Positions 37,707 to 46,943 of a DNA stretch of 64,000 bases are shown in pieces. A model generated the notes under the pieces. It was not told where the DNA came from and searched no databases. It worked only from the letters and a program-made list of their open reading frames with translations. Every line of letters begins with the position of its first letter. Position 1 is the stretch's first letter. The DNA is taken from the NCBI GenBank assembly GCA_001600695.1, contig BCKQ01000002.1, positions 1,610,326 through 1,674,325 on the forward strand. The letters are read 5' to 3'. Origin of the DNA: Ascoidea asiatica JCM 7603. Taxonomy: Eukaryota > Fungi > Ascomycota. The position numbers were made by a program, and so were the translations under genes.

Positions 37707-38750
37707 TTAAGAACCTAGAACAGAGAGCTCTAATGTCCAAACACGTCTTATATGGAGTGAAACTTTAACTTTCTTTGAAGGAAAAATATTTTGAAGTTCA
37801 GGTAGTTCAAGTTCAAGAGTTTCATTTGACCACCAACATTTTCTTGCAGGCTTTCTCCAAAATAATAATAATTTTGAAGATGGACCTCTTTTTGTAGATG
37901 ATGATCTATTTCTTGATAATGATCTTGAAGCTGATCTTGCAGTATTAGCTAATGAATTAGCAAATCGACTTCTTGACTTTCTTAATGTATTTGAACTCAG
38001 AGAAGTAATTGGTTTTAAATTTGGTGAAGATGGTTCAGGTGTTGGAGGATCACGTTTTAAAATTACTAAACAAAGAGATTCAATAACTGTTCTACCTGGT
38101 TCCATTGAACGATGACCCCATTGAGAATCAAGTTGAAAACCAGAAGAAGATAACATATCTAATAAATGTTGTTCTGCAGCTCCTAAAATTTTACCAGGTG
38201 AATATCCTAGACCATCAAATACTTTATTATTACTAACTAAAAGGCTGCCTGCAGCTAATTTAATTAATTTCATTTGATCAACAGTTAAACCTTTAATTGG
38301 AGAAATACAATAATAATCAAGATCTTCTCTTAATACAATTATTGAAGGTTTATCTAATAATGCATCATTTGAACTAACAGTTGAATTCATTTCATAATTA
38401 TTATTATTATTTAAATTGAAATTACTCATTTGAAGATGAGTTGAAGCTTCTGCATATGTACTCATTATATATTCAAAACATTCTGGAGGATAGTTTACAT
38501 AAACAATATCATTTTCTGTTAAATTTGATATAGGTTGACCATTTATATCATAAAATAACCCATTTGGAAATAAACATAATAATATACTTTCAGGAAGACT
38601 AATTAATTCCTCTCTTGTGATTGTATATTGAACACCTCTTATATTCAAGTTTACTATTGTACTATATTCATCTTCTTGATTTGTAGAAACTTGTAATGGT
38701 CTTGGACCTGAATCTTGAGAAACTTGTGTAAGAATATTTGAATTTGACAT
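37707..38750 (-). CDS. WHI2: Whi2 (BTB/POZ-like) growth and stress regulator
   Basis: LNIRGVQYTITREELISLPESILLCLFPNG, IIVLREDLDYY, AEQHLLDML, KLLLFWRKPARKCWW, HIRRVWTLELSV. Confidence 0.92.
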   Translation of the reverse strand: MSNSNILTQVSQDSGPRPLQVSTNQEDEYSTIVNLNIRGVQYTITREELISLPESILLCLFPNGLFYDINGQPISNLTENDIVYVNYPPECFEYIMSTYAEASTHLQMSNFNLNNNNNYEMNSTVSSNDALLDKPSIIVLREDLDYYCISPIKGLTVDQMKLIKLAAGSLLVSNNKVFDGLGYSPGKILGAAEQHLLDMLSSSGFQLDSQWGHRSMEPGRTVIESLCLVILKRDPPTPEPSSPNLKPITSLSSNTLRKSRSRFANSLANTARSASRSLSRNRSSSTKRGPSSKLLLFWRKPARKCWWSNETLELELPELQNIFPSKKVKVSLHIRRVWTLELSVLGS

Positions 38751-39164
38751 TTTTGAATGAGAAATAGGAATTTATCAAACTATCAAATTACAGAATTACA
38801 AAGTTATAAGATTATAGAATTATAAAGTTATAAAGATATAAAGTTATAAATTATAAAAATATAAAAATATAAAATTTTATGAGATATTTGATGGGGACCT
38901 AACCAAACATATATTTTTGAATATATTTTGCAATCAGGAATTTAACTTGATTATTTATCCAAGTCAAAATAACGTGAATACCAATTTATCTTGCAATTGA
39001 ATTAGAATTTAATGGTAATTTTTCTGAATAAACATCAATATATTTTCAATATTCAAATGAATAAGGTTAGCTTATTTGTTTATTCTAAATACTTTCATAG
39101 CTTTCTGTATGTTGGTTTCCTCCAGTTTTCTTTCATTAAATTTTGTTTAATTTTTAGAAACATG

Positions 39165-39272
39165 TTACCCGGTGTATTTCTTGATGAATGCGGAAACTTT
39201 TACCGGAACTAAACTGGAAAAAATCTGAAATGGCAAGAAGCCGATAAAAATTGGATAAAATTTTGAGATGAG
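39165..39272. promoter_or_regulatory. Reb1 site and PAC-like element in the WHI2/YAE1 divergent promoter
   Basis: TTACCCGG at 39165-39172; GAGATGAG at 39265-39272. Confidence 0.5.
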
Positions 39273-39350
39273 CAAATGTGCCTAGAAGATTATATTTGAA
39301 GAAGCAGATGAATTATTGATTCCAAGAACAAAAACAAGATTACAGAAGAT

Positions 39351-39866
39351 ATGACAAGCAATGAAGTTAATAATCTTAGTGACGATGATATTTGGGCAGA
39401 TGACGATTTTGTAGTTAAAGAAAGCAACATTGACGATAAAGAACACTACGGAAAGTTTGATGGGCCTGAGAATATAAATATTGCACATTTAAAAAGAACT
39501 CATGGCAAACAGGGTTATCTTGATGGACTCTCAAAAGCAGGAGAAGATGGATTACAAAATGGATTTGATGATGGATATATAGATGGTGGGAAGTTGGCTT
39601 TGCAGATTGGGGAGATAATTGGTAGAATGGAATTAGACCATAGGTTACAACAGAAGAGTTTTTCTGAAAAAAGTGATGCTGGAAGTGAAACTGAAAAAGA
39701 CAATGATCAAAATTTATTTGAAAACGCCAAAAAAGAACTAAACATAACAAATGTGCTTTCTGAAAAGTATTATGAAATTAACGTGGCAAAAAAAGATATC
39801 AAATTAAGACTAAATGGAAAGAATAAATTGCATCCTCTTGTTGAAAAATATTCTGAACTCTTATAG
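39351..39866 (+). CDS. YAE1: Yae1, CIA adaptor for Rli1 (deca-GX3 motif)
   Basis: DDIWADDD; LKRTHGKQGYLDGLSKAGEDGLQNGFDDGYIDGGKLALQIG. Confidence 0.85.
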   Translation: MTSNEVNNLSDDDIWADDDFVVKESNIDDKEHYGKFDGPENINIAHLKRTHGKQGYLDGLSKAGEDGLQNGFDDGYIDGGKLALQIGEIIGRMELDHRLQQKSFSEKSDAGSETEKDNDQNLFENAKKELNITNVLSEKYYEINVAKKDIKLRLNGKNKLHPLVEKYSELL

Positions 39867-40391
39867 ATCCTTGAATCTTTGACACAAGTCAGACCCTTGC
39901 AACTCTGAATAAGCACAATTTTATATAAAGTATTTCAAAATTGAAATTAACTAACGACAGAGTATTAATCACTTTCCAGCAGCATTTATGAAGGTCCTTG
40001 TTCTACTGGGCAAGTGAGGATTTAAACCATTTTTTTTTTGTGTGAGCCAAATCCGTGGCTCGTAGTGAGATTCACAGCAGTGCGCACAACCGCTTTTTTT
40101 CTAAGTAATTTCCTCTTTGAACTCCAACCCACACTCTCACTAAGTCTATTGCGTATTCTCACACATTTAACATAATTGTCGGTAATAATAAATAAACTTA
40201 CTCTATTTGTACAAGTATGAACCGAGTAACTCAACTGTATCATATTAGTTAATTTATATTCTAACAAGCTTAAGTTTCGAGTGAAAAATATTCAACTGAT
40301 TGTTGAAAAAAAACCAACTTTCATTATAAATGGGAGTAATTAACAATATTTATCTTTAATTCAATTAAAATCAACATCATCAATAATTTCA

Positions 40392-43300
40392 ATGTCACGA
40401 AATTCAAGAAATTATTCTAAAAAGCTTGCTATCGCCGAATTCAATGATTTTTTTTCTAATTCAAGACTTCCAAGTCAATTTGAAAATAATATAATGTTAC
40501 GGGGTGTTCAAAAAGCATCTGACTGGTTATATTATGTTGGAAAAATTAGTGGAGATAAAAATGAGATTTTATTTGAAAGATCTGTTGTAGATAGAGATGT
40601 CTTACAAAGAGAAGCAAATTATGCATCATATGATTCTGAAGAATACGAATCAAATAATGTACATTCTCATATTAACAATGAGAATATACAAAATGATAAT
40701 ATTGACAATGAAAATCCCATTGAGAAAAAATCGCCTGATAATGATACTCCAATACTCTCTAACAAATTGAATGACAGTAATAATGAGAATCTAAGCGATT
40801 ATGATTACGATTTTGTTCAGGATAATGGAAATGATATGAATTACGTAGATGAAAGTGAAATTAATCAGGAAGAAAAACAGGTAGAAGAAATAGAAAAAGA
40901 AAAAGAAAAAGAAGTTGAAGATTATAATGAAGACAAAAATGAAAATTTTGAAAATAATTTAAGTCTTACCGATATTGGAATTTCAAATCTCACTTCTCCT
41001 AACAAAGCTTTCAAAAATAAAAATTTAAACGACGATTTGAATTCTATTTCACCACAAACTCCTTTCAATAGCGTTAAAAAATTACAATCTCCTTTTGAAT
41101 TATCACCTTCTTTGAAATCAAAAAGTAAACCTAAAGATAACTTAAAAAACAATAAACCATTTGGTGATAAAGATTTATCATATTTAAAACAAAATATTTG
41201 GATTATTGAAAATACATTCCATGAAACTGTACCATTATCCTCTAGTTTTAATTCTTGTATATGTTTTTCTAATTGTTCAGATGCATGTCTTAATAAAATG
41301 TTAAAAACAGAATGTACAACTAAAATTTGTCCATTTCAAGGTAAAAATTGTGGTAATACCCCATTTCAGGATTTGTACCTGATCATAAATAACAATTCGA
41401 TTACAAAAAAAGAGATACCTTCTCTTTTAGGATATGAAATTACTCCAATAAATATGAAGGGCTTTGGTTTAATAGCTACTAAAAAGTTTCAACCATATAG
41501 TTTTATTATTGAATATACTGGAGAAATTACTAATACCAAGCATTTGAAAAACAAAAATTTAAATTCATTTAATTTTCTAAACCTAGATTCAGATAATAAT
41601 TATTTTTTAGATATAAGTAAGAAAAGCTCACATGCTAGATTTATTAATCATTCTTGTGATTCTAATTCAGTCATTGAAAGATGGTTAGTTAATAGTGAAC
41701 CCAAAATAGGGTTATTTGCGGGACCTAAGGGGATTAAACAAGGGGAAGAAATAACTTGCAACTATGGATCCAGTTTTTTTATTCAAAAGGAACTGGATGA
41801 AAAAAAAAAAAAAAATGCTGATCATGCTTCAAAGATAAAATGTTATTGCAATTCAAAATATTGCTTAGGCTATATACCGGCATTGAATATTAACAGCAGT
41901 AATTACACAAAAGAAGAATCTAAAAAAATTAATCTGGATAAAGTCAAGCCTAGAAGTAATAATAATAAACCAATTTCTCAAAAAAGTCCTAAGTTAGAAT
42001 CAAAGAAGGAAATTCAAAAAAAAAATGCTTCTGACGATATACCTGTTCCAATTAGCAAACGTGCTACACGAAGATCTCAAAAAACTGCTGAGCTATCTGA
42101 CCTTGGATTGTATATGAACCCTAAAACACTCAGAAATTTGGCTATAGATATGGCTCCACCTGGAAAATGGGATCATACTTCGGATGAATTAGTTGAATTG
42201 AATAAAAATGCTCAACTTTCAACTGCAAGATATAATCCTGAACTACGAGGAAAAAATACCAAGTACAAAGATCAAGTAATCGAACTCAACTTAATTCGAC
42301 CTTCTAAAGATATTGAAGAATTAGAATCCGGCAACGAAAGAATGGAATCTGAAAAACAAGAGGACCTTTCTCCCCAGACCGATCATGATTCAAGTTCTCA
42401 AGATAAACTTCAATTGAAAGAATCTTCAGGAAAAATAAAAATGAAAAGAAAGAGAATATATAAAGAAAAGCTGCTTCATGATCCAGCATTTGATTCAGAT
42501 AATCTGATAGAACCTTCAGGGGAAATAAATTTGAAAAAAAAGGCAAAAAAAAAAGAAAATATAACGCATGATGATTCAGACTTTGATTCTGATACACCAA
42601 TAATGAACATTCGTAGGAAATCCAGATCAATCTCCAAAATTGCTATTAGTGAAAAATCTAAAAAAGAAGAAGTAAAAGCTAAACAGAAACCCGAAACAGT
42701 TTTTCTGAAAAGATCAAAAAAAGAAGTAAATAAAATCAGAGCTAAAAAGGAGATGCAAAAATTTCAGGAGTCGCTTAAATTGGATCTATCCAAAATTAAA
42801 AAGCACAAACGTGTAGATAGCAGTAAAACAACGACTCCCATTGAAAAGCCTAAAGAATTGAAAAAGACAAGAACCTTATTAGATTTTATTAATGAAGAAA
42901 AAGCTGCTAAAATTAAAGAATTGAAACAGAAAGCTAGGCTGAAGGCAAAAACTGGTGATCGTATCAATGTTTTTCAATCGACTTCATCTGACGAGGAAGA
43001 GAAAGTGAAAAGCAAAAACCTACCAGATGTGAATGCTTCAAATAGTTCTATTACTCCGATTATAGTACAATCTCCTATTACTCCAGTTATAACCCAACCT
43101 CCTACTAATTTCGTCAACCCTTATTCAAACCAGGATGATAGTTATCTTCAAACATATTATCCCGAATACTTACAAGAAAGTACTTTAAAACCTGAACCTC
43201 AATACAATCCTTATGACTATACTCCTAGCTATAATAATTATGATTCGAACTATGATGGAGGAAATAATTATTCTGCACTGAAAGCACCTGAGAGAGGTAG

Positions 43301-44306
43301 CTCACGAGGCAGCGATTATCGAAGTAATAATAAAACTAGAATTCAGCCGAGAGGTAATTTTGATGCAGTTGATAATAGGAACAGTGGAAGATATTCTAAT
43401 AGCAACAAGTTCGATTATTCAAGAGAAAATAAAAAATATGATACATTTCAAAAGCCTAAAGATTCGAAAAGAAATTCAAATTCATATGACCCAAGAAGTA
43501 AAAGTAGAGGTAGAGATGATAGCTATGATAGTAATAACTTCTCGGCAAAAAATGAATATGATAAAAAAAGCAGTTACATGAGCAGGAACTCTAATGGCAA
43601 AAAATGGGAAAATGGAAGTAAAAATGGATATGACCGAAAAAATAGCAATGAGAGAAAAGAAGGCTACGATAAAAATTATGGAAAAAACAAGGCTGAAAAT
43701 TATAAGCGAAAGGATGATTTCAACAAATCAACCTTTTATGATAAACATAGTGATTATCGTAAAAGCAATGGATACCATAAAGAAAATTCTCGTGATAGGA
43801 AAAATGGGTATGATTCAAAATCTACTTATAAGAAGAGCGACAGTTTCGAAAATAAAAAAAGTGATTACAGAGATTATGAAAATAAGAATTATGATAAAAA
43901 AAGCTCAACTTCCAATTATGAGACTAATCAAGGATATAATAATAGAACAAACTACGATCATTATGATGATAATTATGAAAAATATAATAATAAAGACAAC
44001 TACAATAATTATGATAACTACGACAATTATGATAATAATGAAAATATTTCTATTAAAGTGAATAATAATAAAGGTACTGAGATCCAAGAAAATAAGGAGG
44101 CAGCTGATTTTGTTCAGGGAATTTCGAGTCTTATAAATGAAAATTCAGAAAAGGAAGTTACTAAAAGTTTTAAAACAGTTTCTGAAAAAACTCACTTGGA
44201 AAAAGCAAAGTTTCCAACAGGGCCGCGGGTAGAAAGTAATTCAGCAACTTATGATAACTTTGATAGCTACGATAATTATGATAATTATGATAACTATCAG
44301 AATTGA
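40392..44306 (+). CDS. AWS-SET-postSET histone lysine methyltransferase, ASH1-like (H3K36 class), with a long low-complexity C-terminus
   Basis: AWS: CIC..CSDACLNKMLKTEC..ICP..CGN.PFQ. SET: KGFGL, FQPYSFIIEYTGEI, ARFINHSC, IGLFAGPKGIKQGEEITCNY. Post-SET: CYCNSKYCLGYI. No WW or SRI domain seen. Confidence 0.85.
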   Translation: MSRNSRNYSKKLAIAEFNDFFSNSRLPSQFENNIMLRGVQKASDWLYYVGKISGDKNEILFERSVVDRDVLQREANYASYDSEEYESNNVHSHINNENIQNDNIDNENPIEKKSPDNDTPILSNKLNDSNNENLSDYDYDFVQDNGNDMNYVDESEINQEEKQVEEIEKEKEKEVEDYNEDKNENFENNLSLTDIGISNLTSPNKAFKNKNLNDDLNSISPQTPFNSVKKLQSPFELSPSLKSKSKPKDNLKNNKPFGDKDLSYLKQNIWIIENTFHETVPLSSSFNSCICFSNCSDACLNKMLKTECTTKICPFQGKNCGNTPFQDLYLIINNNSITKKEIPSLLGYEITPINMKGFGLIATKKFQPYSFIIEYTGEITNTKHLKNKNLNSFNFLNLDSDNNYFLDISKKSSHARFINHSCDSNSVIERWLVNSEPKIGLFAGPKGIKQGEEITCNYGSSFFIQKELDEKKKKNADHASKIKCYCNSKYCLGYIPALNINSSNYTKEESKKINLDKVKPRSNNNKPISQKSPKLESKKEIQKKNASDDIPVPISKRATRRSQKTAELSDLGLYMNPKTLRNLAIDMAPPGKWDHTSDELVELNKNAQLSTARYNPELRGKNTKYKDQVIELNLIRPSKDIEELESGNERMESEKQEDLSPQTDHDSSSQDKLQLKESSGKIKMKRKRIYKEKLLHDPAFDSDNLIEPSGEINLKKKAKKKENITHDDSDFDSDTPIMNIRRKSRSISKIAISEKSKKEEVKAKQKPETVFLKRSKKEVNKIRAKKEMQKFQESLKLDLSKIKKHKRVDSSKTTTPIEKPKELKKTRTLLDFINEEKAAKIKELKQKARLKAKTGDRINVFQSTSSDEEEKVKSKNLPDVNASNSSITPIIVQSPITPVITQPPTNFVNPYSNQDDSYLQTYYPEYLQESTLKPEPQYNPYDYTPSYNNYDSNYDGGNNYSALKAPERGSSRGSDYRSNNKTRIQPRGNFDAVDNRNSGRYSNSNKFDYSRENKKYDTFQKPKDSKRNSNSYDPRSKSRGRDDSYDSNNFSAKNEYDKKSSYMSRNSNGKKWENGSKNGYDRKNSNERKEGYDKNYGKNKAENYKRKDDFNKSTFYDKHSDYRKSNGYHKENSRDRKNGYDSKSTYKKSDSFENKKSDYRDYENKNYDKKSSTSNYETNQGYNNRTNYDHYDDNYEKYNNKDNYNNYDNYDNYDNNENISIKVNNNKGTEIQENKEAADFVQGISSLINENSEKEVTKSFKTVSEKTHLEKAKFPTGPRVESNSATYDNFDSYDNYDNYDNYQN

Positions 44307-44390
44307 TATTAGAGTAATTATCGACATACTGATTTATATAGATTTTCATATTATATTTTTTTTATGAGTATATTGTATGCTAATTGATTT

Positions 44391-44448
44391 TAAATTTTGA
44401 AATAAATACAAATTTGGGTTTCCAAATTTGTATTTATTTCAAAATTTA
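44391..44448. repeat. Perfect 27-bp inverted repeat with a 4-nt loop, between convergent genes
   Basis: TAAATTTTGAAATAAATACAAATTTGG-gttt-CCAAATTTGTATTTATTTCAAAATTTA. Confidence 0.92.
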
Positions 44449-44554
44449 CTGAATATTTAATAGCGTTTTTGTATATAATTGGGGATTTTAAATATGGTTG
44501 GATAAATAGAAATAGAGTATATACATAATAAATGAAGGAGAATTATACATGTTA

Positions 44555-45085
44555 TCAAACGCTCCAAATTTTAGAAATTAAGCCAAACAATCCACAATCT
44601 TCGGTCTCCATCAAATAAATCCCATAACTACTTACCAAAGTTCCAAACATTAATAGCCTCATTGCAGCAGTATGCCAAATTCCATATATTCGTTTAGGAA
44701 TATAATCTATAATACATGATTGAAATCCGGCATTGCAATGAATCAATAGCATCATACTTAATAGAGAATCAACTATTGGCAAATCTGCACTCACCACAAA
44801 TGGTGTTATTGTTAAAGGAACTAAAGATACAGCAACTATTCTTTCGTAGGACCAATGATATGATCCATGATAATAATCTGGTTTTGGAATAACAGAAGCA
44901 TCATTTACAGTACCAACAATATAACCTGGAGGCTGAGGAATTGGCTTTAACTTTCGAAACTTTTCCTTAATTGAAAAATGACGAATTGGAAACAGATATA
45001 CTCCAACTTTATTGAATTTATTGATAAAAGAAATACCAACCCTAGCAGAAATGGGTGAGCTCATTTTAGAACCTATTCTTATCAT
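44555..45085 (-). CDS. Sdh4/Shh4/Tim18 (CybS) family mitochondrial inner-membrane protein
   Basis: IPQPPGYIVGTVND, HGSYHWSYERIVAVSLVPL, GFQSCIIDYIPKRIYG. The paralogue cannot be resolved by eye. Confidence 0.88.
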   Translation of the reverse strand: MIRIGSKMSSPISARVGISFINKFNKVGVYLFPIRHFSIKEKFRKLKPIPQPPGYIVGTVNDASVIPKPDYYHGSYHWSYERIVAVSLVPLTITPFVVSADLPIVDSLLSMMLLIHCNAGFQSCIIDYIPKRIYGIWHTAAMRLLMFGTLVSSYGIYLMETEDCGLFGLISKIWSV

Positions 45086-45700
45086 TTTTTTATAAAAATT
45101 TGGTTTTTGTCAATGATTTTTTCAATTATATCGATATTAAATAAAAGCTTCAGTGTTTATTTAGTGAAATAGAGCAAAAAAAGACTCTATTTATACAATT
45201 AATTACCTCGGGGTATGCTTTTGACTTTCTGCTTTAATCAAGAATATTCTTTTAAACACTACGATAAAAAACAATTGTAAGCATTTGAATTCACTGAAAA
45301 ATAGAAAAACTTCAAATTGTTAAAGCATAATAGAAAATTTGAATAAATATATTCTTATATTTATTTTTCATTATTTCACCAGTAGTAAAACTTGGTTTGG
45401 CTCAAGCAATTGAAAAAGATAATTTATTTCTTCAAATACTTCTTTAGTGAAAAACCGTAACCGTTAGCTGCTTCGATTTCCTTGAAACATCCGGATCTGA
45501 GATCTAAAATAACAAAAAGGTCACATGATATCAGGGTAACATTATAATCTTTTGCCTCTGCTTCTGGAACTGAAGTTGGAGTAAGCAATAAATTAATTAG
45601 TGAATTAGAGGATTTTAAGGAATCTCCAAATTTTAAAGTGATTACAACATCAAAAAACTCAATAAGTTAAAATCAGTTAATCAATTAATAAATCTTCAAG

Positions 45701-46606
45701 ATGAATAACCCTCAATGGAATAATTTTGCAAAGCAATTGAGAGATCAAGCTCGTAACGTTCAAAGAAAATCACCTAAGTCACCTCAAGGAATTGCTGGTC
45801 TTGGTGGATTACTTCTTTTAGGAGGTACAGTTCTTGCCATTAATTCTTCTCTTTTCAATGTCGATGGTGGTCATAGGGCAATTATTTATTCAAGAATAAA
45901 TGGTATTCAACCAACAATTTATAATGAAGGAACTCATATTGCTCTTCCTTGGTTTCAAACTCCAATTATTTACGATGTTAGAGCTAAACCAAGAAACATT
46001 TCTAGTTTGACAGGAACAAAGGATTTACAAATGGTAAATATCACTTGTAGAGTTCTTTCCAAGCCAAATGTTTTAGCTCTTCCTACAATTTTTAGAACTT
46101 TAGGTACTGATTATGATGAAAGAGTTTTACCATCTTTAATCAATGAAGTTTTGAAAGCTGTTGTAGCTCAATTCAATGCTTCTCAGTTAATAACACAAAG
46201 AGAAAGAGTTTCTAGATTAGTTCGTGAAAATTTGGTTAGAAGAGCCTCCAAATTTAATATTTTATTGGATGATGTATCTTTAACTTATATGACTTTCTCT
46301 CCTGAGTTTACAAATGCTGTTGAGGCCAAACAAATTGCTCAGCAAGATGCTCAAAAAGCAGCTTTTATTGTTGATAAAGCTATACAAGAAAAACAACAAA
46401 TGGTAGTCAAAGCTCAAGGTGAAGCCAAATCTGCTGAATTGATTGGTGATGCTATTAAAAAATCGAAAGATTATGTTGAGTTGAAAAGATTAGACACTGC
46501 AAGAGAAATTGCTACAATTTTATCTAATTCTCCTAATAAAATCTTATTAGACAATGAAGCATTATTATTAAACACTGTTTCTGATGCTAGATCTTTAAAA
46601 AAATAA
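45701..46606 (+). CDS. PHB2: Prohibitin 2
   Basis: SLFNVDGGHRAIIYSRI, YDVRAKPRNISSLTGTKDLQMVNITCRVLS, AVEAKQIAQQDAQKA. Confidence 0.95.
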   Translation: MNNPQWNNFAKQLRDQARNVQRKSPKSPQGIAGLGGLLLLGGTVLAINSSLFNVDGGHRAIIYSRINGIQPTIYNEGTHIALPWFQTPIIYDVRAKPRNISSLTGTKDLQMVNITCRVLSKPNVLALPTIFRTLGTDYDERVLPSLINEVLKAVVAQFNASQLITQRERVSRLVRENLVRRASKFNILLDDVSLTYMTFSPEFTNAVEAKQIAQQDAQKAAFIVDKAIQEKQQMVVKAQGEAKSAELIGDAIKKSKDYVELKRLDTAREIATILSNSPNKILLDNEALLLNTVSDARSLKK

Positions 46607-46943
46607 TCATAAAGCCTTTACGAAAAGCAAACTCTGTATATATACATATATATTAATATTTTTTTATATTATTAGTAAATATCAAACTTAAATTATCAGA
46701 TATATATATTTATAAAATAAGTTCAAAAAAAATGTTCAAAGCTCTAACTAACCGAAAAAAAAATTAATCAAAGTATTATTAGTCAATACTTTTCTTTGAA
46801 GGATTAGAATGTAGAAAAAGCCAACTAAATATTAAGAAAAAAAACCTTTGACAAACTAGAGAATACAATATACAATAGACAAACCAAAACAACAAGAAAA
46901 AAAAATATAAGAGAAAAATTAAAAATTATTAAGATACGAAGAT

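Noticed and set aside
40020-40050. AACCATTTTTTTTTTG as an Sm site (telomerase RNA or snRNA 3' end) or snR30 m2 motif
   Set aside because: There is no room upstream (YAE1 ends about 160 nt earlier), and no template, m1 motif or snRNA core was recognised.
43360-44087. Alternative-frame ORFs (73, 155 and 60 aa) inside the SET gene tail
   Set aside because: Shadow ORFs of low-complexity Y/D/N codons.
25595-46606. SLP2 and PHB2 (both SPFH) as a functional gene cluster
   Set aside because: They are 19 kb apart with unrelated genes between; chance linkage is sufficient.
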